Source: a virus. Taken from it: a stretch of DNA of 64,000 nucleotides. A program made the position numbers and the translations under genes. The notes beneath the pieces were generated by a model. That model saw nothing but the letters and a program-made list of their open reading frames with translations. It was not told the origin of the DNA and did no database searches. Below, in pieces: positions 44,045 through 55,318 of this stretch (its first letter is position 1; every line of letters starts with the position of its first letter). The stretch covers positions 20,800 to 84,799 of IMG/VR virus record IMGVR_UViG_3300045993_000417; one strand, written 5' to 3'.

Positions 44045-46495
44045 ATGACAGACTTCTACTCAGTACTACCAGGAATACAACCCTCTCAAGGAGACATACT
44101 TGAGGCTGAATACTTAGCCAAACAGATTCTAGAGGCTAAATTCCCTACGTTAGATTTACGAGAGGGCACAGGTCTAAGAGATGCTGTCATTAGGCCAACC
44201 GCTACCTTATTGGCCATGATCAAAAAAGGCTTGGACTACCATTTTGAGCAGAACACTATAAGTGGTGTAGATGACACTACCTCTACCGACATGGTGGATA
44301 AGATAATGTCTAACCTGTTCGTGCAACGTAATCCAGGTACTAAAAGTATAGTGAATGCACGTTTATTCTTTGCTAGAGCTAAGAACATAGGCATACCCTC
44401 CAGTACGTTCTTCTCTATAGATAACAAGATTAAGTTCTTCCCAACTCAGGCATATAACCTACCATCCTCATATCTTCAGTATGACTCATATAGTAACGAA
44501 TACTTTACTGATGTAGACCTTACTGCAGAAAGCGAAGGTGTTAACTACAACGTGTCTTCAGGAAGTTTACTGTATTTTTCTAACTTTGACCCATATTTCT
44601 TAAGAGGGGAGATTAACTATCTAGTCAGTACTTCTACCCCCACAGAGACTAATACACAATTTATAGCAAGGTCTAAGTCCTCTGTATCTACTAGAAACTT
44701 AATTAATCAACCCTCAGTAGACTTTAACTTACGTGAGTTATTTACTAGCCTTAAACATGTGCTCACTATAGGTATGGGTGATTCTAGTATGATGAGGGAC
44801 TTGCTCCTTGGAATGTTGCCACAGCGTGCAGCTAGACTTGCTGAGGCTGTTTCCGTAGTAGGCACTGTAGCTACTATAACCGTAACCAACCATAAACTAT
44901 TTCCAGGCCAGTATATAACTTCTAGCGGAGCATCATCCATAAACATAAATGGTGAATTTAAGATTAACGCTACGACAACTAACACTATAAGTGTTACAGT
45001 TCCATCCGGGACAGCTGTTCCAGTTACTTTACCCTCCATACAAGAGCACCCAATTCAGACTAGGATACACGTAGGGGGAGCCGTTGATGTGTATTGTTCT
45101 AACTCCCCAGTAGCTGAACTAGTACAGTTGAGCACTGATTCCAGCGGGGTGGCATTATTAACAGGGCCTAACTATAAGTTAACCCGTAGTAATATACCGG
45201 TTGGTGTAGAGGATACTATACCACTACTGAATAGTGTAAACGTTACTAGCCCTAACATAGTTTTCTCTATAAACACTCCTACATCGGGTACTGCAACCTG
45301 CACTATAACGTCTAACGGTCACCCCTTTATAGTCGGTGAAGTATTAGCTATAAGCGGGTCTGTACAGCAACGATCTATATCCAGTATTACCTGTTCAGGT
45401 GTTACTGTAACAGCTACCTCTAATGGACATGGATTTTTGCCAGGTGAGACTGTTATTGTTTCTGGAGTAACCCCAGCTGACTATAACGGAACCTTTATAA
45501 TACTATCAACTACTACTAACACATTCTCGTACGTAGTTTTAGCCAGTATAGCCTCCGTGGGCATAGGCACGATGTTATGTGAAGTTAATGTCCTAAACGG
45601 ATCTAGAACTGTACAAGCATCAACAACAAATACTTTCTCTGTATTAACTAGTAACCCAAAGACGACCAATACCGGTACCGCCACCATTACCAGTCCAGTA
45701 CGATACACTGTGAGTAACGAGAACGTTGAATATAGAACACCGGTGTCTGTAACTAACCTAGGGGATGGTACGGTCTCTATACTATTACCTAGGCACGGGT
45801 TACAAACTAGTCGTAAGGTTACCCTATCAGGTCTTACACCATCAGGATTTAATGGTAGCTGGGTCATAGGCTCTGTTACTGATCAAGACAACTTTGTTGT
45901 CAGCGTTCCTACTATGACCGGAATAATTACTAGTATCACTACTTCTAGCCCAGTGTGTACATCTACATACCCGTCTTCAGACTTTGGGTTTAGTACTAAG
46001 CAGGAATTATCTGTAGACTTTGGGTCAGCATATCCCAATAGGACTGCTACTTTCGAAATTCGCAGATTTGATAATTTAGACGTAGTTCAGAACTATTTAG
46101 ATAATAGGGACAAAAGAGTTTTATGCGCCAACTACTTAGCTAGAGGGTTTAATATATACATACTCAGTATGTCTATAACTCAATATACTCAGTCAAGTAA
46201 CACCTCAGTTACAGCAGCTGCTCAGTCATACTTAGACAGTTTAGCCCCTGGACAACCTTTTGTAGTAGCTGAATTAATCTCTAGTTTAAAAAATGCTGGT
46301 ATGCTAGACATCAAACTGCCAGTGTCAATTTCCTACACTAGGCATACACGTGATTTAACAGAGATTAACACTCCTGATACTGGCGTTATTACTGACGTGT
46401 TAGATCCTAATGACCCTACTAGTTTATTTATACTAGACAACATATCTACTACTGTGGAATATCTACCCACAACTAGTGCCCCGGTAAAAAGGTAA
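44045..46495 (+). CDS. Baseplate J/gp6-like protein with inserted beta-repeat domains
   Basis: DLREGTGLRD, AESEGVNYN, ETNTQFIAR, GGAVDVY; four T.T..HG...G..V.ISG repeats. Confidence 0.75.
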   Translation: MTDFYSVLPGIQPSQGDILEAEYLAKQILEAKFPTLDLREGTGLRDAVIRPTATLLAMIKKGLDYHFEQNTISGVDDTTSTDMVDKIMSNLFVQRNPGTKSIVNARLFFARAKNIGIPSSTFFSIDNKIKFFPTQAYNLPSSYLQYDSYSNEYFTDVDLTAESEGVNYNVSSGSLLYFSNFDPYFLRGEINYLVSTSTPTETNTQFIARSKSSVSTRNLINQPSVDFNLRELFTSLKHVLTIGMGDSSMMRDLLLGMLPQRAARLAEAVSVVGTVATITVTNHKLFPGQYITSSGASSININGEFKINATTTNTISVTVPSGTAVPVTLPSIQEHPIQTRIHVGGAVDVYCSNSPVAELVQLSTDSSGVALLTGPNYKLTRSNIPVGVEDTIPLLNSVNVTSPNIVFSINTPTSGTATCTITSNGHPFIVGEVLAISGSVQQRSISSITCSGVTVTATSNGHGFLPGETVIVSGVTPADYNGTFIILSTTTNTFSYVVLASIASVGIGTMLCEVNVLNGSRTVQASTTNTFSVLTSNPKTTNTGTATITSPVRYTVSNENVEYRTPVSVTNLGDGTVSILLPRHGLQTSRKVTLSGLTPSGFNGSWVIGSVTDQDNFVVSVPTMTGIITSITTSSPVCTSTYPSSDFGFSTKQELSVDFGSAYPNRTATFEIRRFDNLDVVQNYLDNRDKRVLCANYLARGFNIYILSMSITQYTQSSNTSVTAAAQSYLDSLAPGQPFVVAELISSLKNAGMLDIKLPVSISYTRHTRDLTEINTPDTGVITDVLDPNDPTSLFILDNISTTVEYLPTTSAPVKR

Positions 46496-48742
46496 ATGAC
46501 AACGTATTCAGGATTCGGAGTAGATGGTCTACCAGTTGGTGCTAACGACACCAACCTTACATACCTATATGGTATATCAGACTTCTTCTCTGTTATGTTC
46601 GAGGACACTAGTATAATGAATCTTATACTGGAGTCTACGTCAGAATCTGCCGCCTCTATATATAGCAGGTTCTTACAGTTAGCTTCTTCCATTAGTCTTA
46701 AAGATATTGAAGACTCTATAGGGTCGACTATTAAACTTGTAATAATTAAAGACTCTTACGCTGTTGCCGGTAAAACTAATACCTTTAGCCTACCCATAGA
46801 CATTGTTAGTTCTAAGTTTATAGCTAATAGACCCTTACTACCAACTACTTCCCTGGCTACCGGTGTTGACTACAGGATTAAGAATGGGGAATTACTACTA
46901 TACAAACCCTTATCTGAGCTGGGATTCCCTGCTAGAGTAGTTTCAGATGGGACTACCGAGTACGCTCTTTGGTTTGTAGACGTAGAGGTGGATGAACAGT
47001 TACTATATAAACACTACGCAAATCTTATCGGAGTAGATCCGGCCTCCTCTACTGAGGTATATAAGAGTTTCATATATGGCCTATACTATATCTACTATCA
47101 AGGTCCTACCTTATCTATTCTTCGTAAAGGGCTTAACCTATGTCTAGGCATCCCGTTGGCCAGAGAGGATGAAGAGGTTATTGATGTCCGCCCATACGTA
47201 GACACAGACCAGTACATAGTAATAACGGATAAGAATAAATACGTCCTTCCATATGGGCTAGTACCTTCAGTACTTCCAGGGGACTTCCTAAGTGCATCCG
47301 ATGAGCTATCTCAGTGGGTAGAAATTAAAGACTGGGTTGAGGACGGAGAGTGGTGGATAAACTTATCAATACCCCCCTCATTAATACCAGCCCTACCTGA
47401 AACACAAATAAACCGGTATGCTACTGTAGGGAGTGATTTTGACTACCTTATGCGTACCTACCTGAAGAACCATACCTTTCTTGTAAACGTTAAGGTAAGC
47501 ACCTTTAAGAATAACCAGGACTTCCAGCAACTATCTGAGATTATAAATAGAGTTAAACCACTGTATTCTCAAGCTGTGTATATATGGAGTATACCTTACT
47601 TAGAAGAGGTGTTGACGGCTACGGATGACTTACTTCAACGTAGGGACAAACGTACTACAGAGAACCTTACTTTCCCAATATCCAGGATGGTTAGGGATAA
47701 TACTAGGATTTTAGGGTTAGCACCTGGTAATATGAATAATGACTCTGTTAACTTTAACGTTAGCGGACTACCTACAAGTACTTCCATCCCTGTTGATTGT
47801 ATAATCAGGGATACTCCGTTGTTTATGCGTATGAATGTATCGGAGTCTGTAGGTAACCTTTTCACACGAGGGTTATCTATGAGGACTGGTGATCAAACTG
47901 TTACTGGAATTATAAATCTTCAAGGACAGTACGCCAATACTATGAGTAATAACAAGGGTTGGTTAACTACCTTATTTAATAGAGGGCAAGACACCTATAG
48001 GATTAAAAGGTCTACCTTCTCTAATACTAGGGGATTAGGGGTATCCTTCGGTCAACCGGTGTCTAGTGGATACTCATCTACTGCTCTAGTGTTGTCCGAT
48101 AAACGTGTTATTCCTATGTATATAATAACCGACGATACTATGGCTATAAAATGTAATGCTATGAACATTACTACTCCTAATCCTTTACACTGGAGTTTTA
48201 ATATAATGTCTAAAGGTATTGACCAGACTGTCAATAGCGTAGCCATAAATGCTGACTCAAGCCTAGAGAACAGTAAGGAGCTTCTGATAGCCAACTTTAG
48301 TATAATTTTTAGCAGACCTGATTATCAGATACCTGATAGCCCATTTTTACCCAAGGGCGGAGACTTCCTATGGTTACCACAATCCTATACGGACTTAAGA
48401 GATGGTGATATAGCTATGGGAATAAGAATACTACCAGGTCTTATTGGAGTATACTTAGTTACCTCTAATCTTGATTTGGAGGCCTCTCCATATGTAGTAG
48501 TACCGGATCCCGATCCTGTAGTGCAACAGATATCTTCTGGTATGTCTAGAGGGTTAGGGACTACACTTTCTACCGTGTACTCTATGAGGGGAAGGGGGGT
48601 TTTAAGCTATAATACATCTAGTAACGGGATCAACGAAGGTGGTCAAACGACTACTATAAATACCGAATATTCGGATGCTGATAACGCCCCCATACAGATA
48701 ATTAGGAACGGTTCTATCATAGTACATAGGGCCCATAGATAA
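46496..48742 (+). CDS. Baseplate wedge protein (gp7/gpI-like)
   Basis: YKSFIYGL..GPTLSILRKGLN, INRVKP; follows the J-like gene. Confidence 0.55.
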   Translation: MTTYSGFGVDGLPVGANDTNLTYLYGISDFFSVMFEDTSIMNLILESTSESAASIYSRFLQLASSISLKDIEDSIGSTIKLVIIKDSYAVAGKTNTFSLPIDIVSSKFIANRPLLPTTSLATGVDYRIKNGELLLYKPLSELGFPARVVSDGTTEYALWFVDVEVDEQLLYKHYANLIGVDPASSTEVYKSFIYGLYYIYYQGPTLSILRKGLNLCLGIPLAREDEEVIDVRPYVDTDQYIVITDKNKYVLPYGLVPSVLPGDFLSASDELSQWVEIKDWVEDGEWWINLSIPPSLIPALPETQINRYATVGSDFDYLMRTYLKNHTFLVNVKVSTFKNNQDFQQLSEIINRVKPLYSQAVYIWSIPYLEEVLTATDDLLQRRDKRTTENLTFPISRMVRDNTRILGLAPGNMNNDSVNFNVSGLPTSTSIPVDCIIRDTPLFMRMNVSESVGNLFTRGLSMRTGDQTVTGIINLQGQYANTMSNNKGWLTTLFNRGQDTYRIKRSTFSNTRGLGVSFGQPVSSGYSSTALVLSDKRVIPMYIITDDTMAIKCNAMNITTPNPLHWSFNIMSKGIDQTVNSVAINADSSLENSKELLIANFSIIFSRPDYQIPDSPFLPKGGDFLWLPQSYTDLRDGDIAMGIRILPGLIGVYLVTSNLDLEASPYVVVPDPDPVVQQISSGMSRGLGTTLSTVYSMRGRGVLSYNTSSNGINEGGQTTTINTEYSDADNAPIQIIRNGSIIVHRAHR

Positions 48743-49288
48743 ATGAGAAATATTCCAGCACACATACTAAATAAAGTTAGAGGGTTTTATAACTCAGCAG
48801 TTAACTCTATAAGGGTACTATTTAAAATACACGCTATAGATGGTACTTTAGCCATCTCCAAAGTGTTTAGTAATGGTATCATAGAGCCTGTAGTTAAAGA
48901 ACAGAACATGATAATGTTACTACCTAAGCGCTATATGTTATCCAGCATATATGACAGTGGATTTGTACTGAAAATAATTAATAGACTACAGGTTGGAACT
49001 GGAGGGACTATCGACCCGGCTGGGCTATACCCAAAATCGGTAAGTCAGTCTCTGTCTTCTCTCTTTACCCCACTTTTAAGTGTGACCACCTACACTACTG
49101 AAGCACCATTAGTGCCGTCTATAACATTTATAGCGGATATAGACCAGGCCACATGCAATGGTACTCTAATAACTGAAGCAGGATTATTATTTACTGATAA
49201 CTCCTTGTTTAATATAAAAACCTTCCCAGGGATACCTAAGACGGCAGACTTTAGTATCCACTTTGAGTGGACTATAAAGGTGACCTAA
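48743..49288 (+). CDS. Baseplate/tail-collar protein
   Basis: VGTGG..ITEAGLL..IPKTADFSIHFEWTI. Confidence 0.55.
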   Translation: MRNIPAHILNKVRGFYNSAVNSIRVLFKIHAIDGTLAISKVFSNGIIEPVVKEQNMIMLLPKRYMLSSIYDSGFVLKIINRLQVGTGGTIDPAGLYPKSVSQSLSSLFTPLLSVTTYTTEAPLVPSITFIADIDQATCNGTLITEAGLLFTDNSLFNIKTFPGIPKTADFSIHFEWTIKVT

Positions 49289-49701
49289 TGCCGATTCCCC
49301 CTTTTTACCAAGGTGTAGGAGATTACCTTAATTCTGAGGTCTCACTAGACTCTAACAAGAATAAAGTTTTATCCCTCAGTCTATTACAAGTAGAAGGAGT
49401 TTACCCCAATCTACCTGGGGAAATTTTTGTATACGAAAACTCAGGTACTACTACATTAGGGGCTTACATAGGTATTTGTAATTTGGATGAACTTAGCAGA
49501 TTACAAGTCCATAACCCATCTACCCCTATTGCTAAATTTGCTAATAAGTATGTAAGACATAATATTGCTACAATACTGCTAGGGTTAACGGAAGACCCAT
49601 TACCATATGTGACTAGAGCTACCACTTCAATTAGACTATTGAGCGCAGAAATGAAGCTAAAAACAGCGTCTAGTTCCATATTATATATACCTAAGGTTTA
49701 A
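49288..49701 (+). CDS. Hypothetical protein
   Basis: TAATG-coupled start MPIPPFYQ preferred over GTG 49267. Confidence 0.55.
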   Translation: MPIPPFYQGVGDYLNSEVSLDSNKNKVLSLSLLQVEGVYPNLPGEIFVYENSGTTTLGAYIGICNLDELSRLQVHNPSTPIAKFANKYVRHNIATILLGLTEDPLPYVTRATTSIRLLSAEMKLKTASSSILYIPKV

Positions 49702-49703
49702 TA

Positions 49704-52700
49704 ATGACTATAAGACAACAGCTTTTCGCAAATAACGCTAAGACTACTTTAGCCTCTACGATACTTAGTTCTGACACTAGTATAACTTTGGTTGACGCTA
49801 GCAGGTTTCCGTTACCTACTAATGGACAGTACTTTCTCCTCACATTAGAGGTAGGAGCTACCATAGAAATACTAGAGTGTTCTACTAGGGTAGGAAACGT
49901 TTTGACTGTAGTAAGGGCTAGGGAAAACACTATAGCTTCTGGTTTCGTATCAGGCACTTCCGTAGAAGTAAGAGTTACTTCAGCTACACTTCAGTCTTTT
50001 GCTAAGTCTGATAGCTCAATGTCCCAACTATCTTCGGTAGAACTATTAACTAGCCCTTCTACATCTAATGGTACATCCTATGTTTGTTATTCCCTAGATG
50101 ATGGAGGTAATCCTACTATAGCGGTAAAAAATAGTTCCTCTATATGGAGTTTTACAAATTATAGTACTAAAGTGTTTACTGGGACTATCTCAATATCCCC
50201 CCTAGCCACTCTAACAGAAATGTCTTCTACTGTAACACCTACTCTGGTAGGTGCAGTAATACCGGGTAGATACCTTCTTCAATTTACAAGCGGTCAACTA
50301 GCAGGAACAGTACGCCCAATAGTCTCTCACGTTAACGGGAGATTTACATGGACTACCAGCTCCCCCAGCCTACCAGTTACTGGAGATCAGTTTGAAGTGT
50401 ACAAGAGTACATATTCTGATGTATCACTATATTCGGAAACGTATGTTCAGGTTGCCAGCAATCAGATAGTTGGGGGTAATAAGACATTCTCTGCCGCTAC
50501 TAAGTTTAGCTCTCCACTAGTACAGTCTATAGTAGCATCTACACCGTACGTAGGATATACAGATGTTTGTCTACATTTAGCTAAGGACGATACAGATAAA
50601 GGTGCATGGAGGAAGAGGAAAGGTCAGTCATGGAGGAGTGAGGTTAGGTCTGTTGGTAATCATAGGGGTGCGTATGCTACTGCCACGCTTGCTGTTGCGG
50701 CGGGTGCTGTTATGGGTGATGTGTACTACAACACAACATCTAATGCATTCCATGAAGTAACTGCACCGACAACATCCTCTGTTACTTACCGTGCAGGTCG
50801 TGAGGACTACCCAACCAATGCGCTTATTACAGCGGAAGCAGGTCGAGTGATTATTTGGGACTTAGACGGTGCTGCGCCTACGATGTGGATGGTGTTTATG
50901 GGAGCCTTGGGGGCTTTACTTGGCTCGTCTTCAATCACATCAATTGCAGCATCAGGAAGTACGTTAGTTATTGGCCATAACAATGGATTGGCTTACATAA
51001 ACTTTATAAGTGAAAAACTAGCACGATATTTTTCGGCTTGGACTAATAACACCGGCTTATTCTCTGGAGTTAACATAGCAAGTAGGAATATAAACACCAG
51101 TGGATACGGACAAAATATAATTCCTGCTATCGTCAACGCCGTTGTAAACGACGTAGCCATCACCATCCTGCCAGACGCACCACAAGATGAGTTTGGTATG
51201 CCTGTGCCGACTATTGCGGTGGCGACTGCTGGGGGAACGTCAGTAATAAACAACGATGGCCTTGTAAAAAGTAGTGCTATTATTACAGCCAACTACTACT
51301 GCTCATTTGACTCGGATGGTACTTTGTATGTGATGAATAATGTTCCTGGTTCACGTACTTATCGTGCATATCTAAGAACTATTTACACGACCCCTGCGTT
51401 TGCTGAGACATATAAAATTTATGCCAGTAATGACGCTACGCCTACCTTCCCATATAACATACCCTCTCCAGTAGCTACTCTAGCTATAGGGGTATCAAAA
51501 GTTGTATCGGGTTCTAGTGTTGGTTTTTCAGTGTTTAAGAATAATCAATCATTAGTCGGTAGTGGAATGGTGTCCTACGTGACCTCCACCTACAACACTG
51601 GCTACATGGTCGGAGATATCAGACGGTGCTTCTTAGCTAACTCAAAGACACTAGACCGTTCAGTTAAAGCCGCAACACTTACACAAGTCGGGACTGTAAC
51701 TGAGACTATCTACACCGGAGGCAGATCGGTCTATTCTGGATTCTCTGCCACTAACTATCTGCAAGAAGCTACCTCAGTTGATTGGAATGCACTAGGTACT
51801 GGAGACTTCTCTATTATCATGTCTGGGGTGAAGTGGGGAACAGCTGCAACAAACCGAGCGTTAATAGGTGTCGTCCAAGATATACCTTCTGCTGGTGAGT
51901 TCGCCCTAGTTATAAGCACTGAATATTTATCATTACTTGCTCATAACGGTACAGCCTGGGCTGCTAGGGTAACCTCTACAATGCAATTAACTGATACTGC
52001 AGAGCATACCGTTGAGGTATCCCGCTCAACTGTTGCTGGAGTGGCGGCAACTCTTCAATTAAAAGTTGATGGGGTTGTTGTAGGTTCTGCGGTGTATGCG
52101 TCAACCTTATCAAACCTAGTTGCTCCATTGCGCATCGGGGCTATGGGCGGTACAGCTAGTGGTGTCTACCCTTGGGCAGGGGGACAGGTGTCCTGCGTCC
52201 GTATTTCCGCTACGGCACCCATAGAAGAGCAATCAAAATACATGGGTGCACGAGAGAACGCTCTGAACAGTGGTGTCAATTGTCTATTATCTAGTTCGTC
52301 CTCAGTAACCTCTTTTGCTTACGATAAAGACACCGATTCTCTTCTTGTAGGAACGGGAACTTCAATAGATACCTTCCAAGAACTAAAACGTATATCAACA
52401 CAATCGCACGGGGTAACGGTTATTGCGGGTATGGCCGCACTTAATGGCCTCTCTGCAGTCTGTGGAGCAGGCTTAAACTACACGGCACCAGAGCGCAATA
52501 TCTCTGCTGAGTTACTTGAAAGTAAGACTCAGTTACAAATCTCTAAAAAGTTTTATATAACTGGAACAGGGGCTACGACCTACTCACTTCAGAAGGGGTG
52601 GAAACCTGTTGATGTACGTAAAGGTGGCCTGGATATGAGGGGGGGTTTAGGCTTCGATTATACCGTCACATACGATGGATTTATATATAACTTAGTCTTT

Positions 52701-52754
52701 TCCACAGCCGTTACCGCAGGGGTTAATATATCAGCAGTTTGTGAAATGGTCTAG
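49704..52754 (+). CDS. Tail fibre/receptor-binding protein with LamG-like domain
   Basis: FANNAKTTL..VRARENT anchor; Q.VGGNKTF; C-terminal LKVDGVVVG..PLRIG..GQVSCVRI. Confidence 0.75.
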   Translation: MTIRQQLFANNAKTTLASTILSSDTSITLVDASRFPLPTNGQYFLLTLEVGATIEILECSTRVGNVLTVVRARENTIASGFVSGTSVEVRVTSATLQSFAKSDSSMSQLSSVELLTSPSTSNGTSYVCYSLDDGGNPTIAVKNSSSIWSFTNYSTKVFTGTISISPLATLTEMSSTVTPTLVGAVIPGRYLLQFTSGQLAGTVRPIVSHVNGRFTWTTSSPSLPVTGDQFEVYKSTYSDVSLYSETYVQVASNQIVGGNKTFSAATKFSSPLVQSIVASTPYVGYTDVCLHLAKDDTDKGAWRKRKGQSWRSEVRSVGNHRGAYATATLAVAAGAVMGDVYYNTTSNAFHEVTAPTTSSVTYRAGREDYPTNALITAEAGRVIIWDLDGAAPTMWMVFMGALGALLGSSSITSIAASGSTLVIGHNNGLAYINFISEKLARYFSAWTNNTGLFSGVNIASRNINTSGYGQNIIPAIVNAVVNDVAITILPDAPQDEFGMPVPTIAVATAGGTSVINNDGLVKSSAIITANYYCSFDSDGTLYVMNNVPGSRTYRAYLRTIYTTPAFAETYKIYASNDATPTFPYNIPSPVATLAIGVSKVVSGSSVGFSVFKNNQSLVGSGMVSYVTSTYNTGYMVGDIRRCFLANSKTLDRSVKAATLTQVGTVTETIYTGGRSVYSGFSATNYLQEATSVDWNALGTGDFSIIMSGVKWGTAATNRALIGVVQDIPSAGEFALVISTEYLSLLAHNGTAWAARVTSTMQLTDTAEHTVEVSRSTVAGVAATLQLKVDGVVVGSAVYASTLSNLVAPLRIGAMGGTASGVYPWAGGQVSCVRISATAPIEEQSKYMGARENALNSGVNCLLSSSSSVTSFAYDKDTDSLLVGTGTSIDTFQELKRISTQSHGVTVIAGMAALNGLSAVCGAGLNYTAPERNISAELLESKTQLQISKKFYITGTGATTYSLQKGWKPVDVRKGGLDMRGGLGFDYTVTYDGFIYNLVFSTAVTAGVNISAVCEMV

Positions 52755-52756
52755 AC

Positions 52757-54544
52757 ATGGCCGAAACAAAGATACTGGGTAATAACGGGTCTGTAATACT
52801 CGGAGACTCCAGTATTAGCGGGTACTTATATGTAGGTACTGGTGACGTACAGGCTAACGCATATATTTCAAGCGGCCCAGCTGCAGCCTCATTTCTACGT
52901 TTCTCCACCAGCGGTGTAAACAGGTGGATAGTGGGAAAAGACACCGCTGAATCCACTGCTAATGCAGGTGGAGATTTCTTAATGTATTCCTATGATGACT
53001 CGGGAGTGTTATTGCGCACCCAAGTTAGTATTAGTAGGGCTACTGGGCTAACACAACTAGGTGGCTCATTATCAATCAAAGCCGGCGTTACAGACGAAAC
53101 TTTAGACTTAGGTGGAAGTACGAATGGATACGGACTAACCTGGGGGGGCACTAACTCAGCTAGTAAATACTCTACTATATGGTCATCTTTTTCTGTAGGA
53201 AGACTGACCTTAGGCAGTGGTCTTCAAGGTTCTAGAACGATATCTAACGGCTATGAATCTTCCATATCCTCTAGTTGGGCAAAGTCTGCAATCTCATTAG
53301 GTTCATTAGGAGTTGATACATACTTCAATGTAGCAGATGTAATAGCTAAAAATACTGCCTACACACCCACATTAATAACACGAGTATCCAACACCGGACT
53401 GGCCGTAACTGGGACAGTTTCTGCAACAACCTTTTCTGGAGCTGGCACTAGCTTAACTGGAACTGCTTCTCTTTTAAACATAGGAGGCAACGCAGCAACA
53501 TCTACTTTGGCTGCTACAGCTACCTCTGCTGTTTCTGCTACTACGGCTACTGCAGCTACTACATCAATAAGTATTTCAGTAACAGATTCTAGGGCTGTAG
53601 TTACCACACCAGAGTCTATTACTAAAAGTGTAGTTTATGATTTTAAAACCAATACTACAGAAGGTCTATCTGATGGGGGATCTTACTTTGGTGAAATGAC
53701 CTTTAGGCAGTTCGGAAATGCCACTGACTGGTCAGGCGGTTTATCTCATCAGCTTGGATTTACTGATAACCAAAACATATGGCATAGGGCTGGTTCTGGA
53801 ACTACTTGGGCTAATCCGTGGAAACAATTGCTGGATTCTAGTAACACAGTTACCGTTTCTAATAAAACTTTATCATCTGTAACAATCACAGGTGCTGTGA
53901 CAGGAACGTCAGCGACTTGGGGTTTAGGTGCTACTACTGTCACAGGACAATTGAAGAATACTCAAGCGGGGAATTATAGTATAGGTCTACTATTAGAGTC
54001 ATCTATAACAAACCCAAACATACAATTTAAGTCCCTAGCTGTTAATGCTGCTATACGAACCTGGGCTATTGCAGCCGACAACATAGGGTATGGTGATCTA
54101 TGTGTAAGACAATCTACAGCTAATGCAGGAGATCCTTTAAACCCAGCTACATCAGGTGCAATAGCTAAGTTTACCTCTACGGGGTTAGACATTACTGGAA
54201 CCCTATCGGCTACCTCTAAGTCATTTGTTATTCCACATCCTACTAAGAATGGTAGAACGTTGCGTTATGGCTCACTAGAAGGGCCTGAGAATGGTGTATA
54301 CGTAAGAGGGCGTTTAACTAATCATAACGTAATTAGTTTACCTGAGTACTGGATTAAACTAGTTGATCCGTCCTCAATCACTGCCACGTTAACCCCTATA
54401 GGTAAGAGCCAAAAGCTATATATAGAAAACACTCATACTAACTGTGTTACAATAGGCAATGAGGACCTTACTAACATGATAGATTGTTTTTATGTAGTAT
54501 ACGGGGAACGTTGTGATATAGAGAAACTAGTAGTGGAGAGTTAA
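52757..54544 (+). CDS. Tail fibre protein with C-terminal chaperone-like domain
   Basis: GLAVTGTVSATTF, GNAATSTLA; C-terminal SKSFVIPHP..LRYGSLEGPENGVYVRG..LPEYW. Confidence 0.75.
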   Translation: MAETKILGNNGSVILGDSSISGYLYVGTGDVQANAYISSGPAAASFLRFSTSGVNRWIVGKDTAESTANAGGDFLMYSYDDSGVLLRTQVSISRATGLTQLGGSLSIKAGVTDETLDLGGSTNGYGLTWGGTNSASKYSTIWSSFSVGRLTLGSGLQGSRTISNGYESSISSSWAKSAISLGSLGVDTYFNVADVIAKNTAYTPTLITRVSNTGLAVTGTVSATTFSGAGTSLTGTASLLNIGGNAATSTLAATATSAVSATTATAATTSISISVTDSRAVVTTPESITKSVVYDFKTNTTEGLSDGGSYFGEMTFRQFGNATDWSGGLSHQLGFTDNQNIWHRAGSGTTWANPWKQLLDSSNTVTVSNKTLSSVTITGAVTGTSATWGLGATTVTGQLKNTQAGNYSIGLLLESSITNPNIQFKSLAVNAAIRTWAIAADNIGYGDLCVRQSTANAGDPLNPATSGAIAKFTSTGLDITGTLSATSKSFVIPHPTKNGRTLRYGSLEGPENGVYVRGRLTNHNVISLPEYWIKLVDPSSITATLTPIGKSQKLYIENTHTNCVTIGNEDLTNMIDCFYVVYGERCDIEKLVVES

Positions 54545-54780
54545 TGAGAACGGTGGAATCAACATATGGTGGCGTCACCATAATAGAAAATATATTAGAA
54601 GACTCTGACTATACAACGTCAGAAGTAAAAGCTAATAGGTTGGGAATATGCAAAGTGTGTGAGTTCTACTCTATAGATGATGAACAGCTAATAGGGAAAG
54701 AGTCATGTTCGAAGTGCAGCTGTATATTAGAGCATAGGACATCTTTCGTCGACTTATTTTGCCCTGAAGGGAAATGGTGA
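54544..54780 (+). CDS. Small Cys-rich Zn-binding protein
   Basis: RLGICKVC..CSKCSC..CPEGKW. Confidence 0.7.
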   Translation: MRTVESTYGGVTIIENILEDSDYTTSEVKANRLGICKVCEFYSIDDEQLIGKESCSKCSCILEHRTSFVDLFCPEGKW

Positions 54781-55316
54781 TGGCTACACACTATGGAAGA
54801 AAAGCACGAAGAGTCCTGGCATCTGATATAAACGCTATAACCTTAGTTAACTCCAGTATACTATTACAGAGTGATATTAACGGCGGGGCTGAAATACAGA
54901 TTCAACACGCAGGTAATGCCTGTATAACTACATCATCCTTCTACATAGAGTTGAAGGACACTATAGCATGGACTAACATTACTTGTGAGTTCAACCTAAC
55001 TAGTAAAGCATCTTGCTGGGGGTTTAATACGGCCAGTTATTCTAGTATCGGTAACTTACTTGCTTTTAACCCAGTAATTGATACCATAAGTAGGTCAGTA
55101 AATTGTTTCGAACTTCCTCAGTTTTCTAAAGTTATGACAGCATGTGACAATGCAACGGGAAATATGTATCATAATTCATTCGCTGTGGGTACTTACAGAA
55201 GCTTCTTTGTCAGTCGTCGCAGGAATGTTGGAGTTGGGCTAGCAGGTATAAGTCATGGATTATCCTGCATAGGAGTTAATGGAATTACTACAGTACGAAA
55301 TATTTATATCTGGTAA
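54780..55316 (+). CDS. Hypothetical (fibre-associated) protein
   Basis: Beta-rich, coupled between fibre genes. Confidence 0.55.
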   Translation: MATHYGRKARRVLASDINAITLVNSSILLQSDINGGAEIQIQHAGNACITTSSFYIELKDTIAWTNITCEFNLTSKASCWGFNTASYSSIGNLLAFNPVIDTISRSVNCFELPQFSKVMTACDNATGNMYHNSFAVGTYRSFFVSRRRNVGVGLAGISHGLSCIGVNGITTVRNIYIW

Positions 55317-55318
55317 GT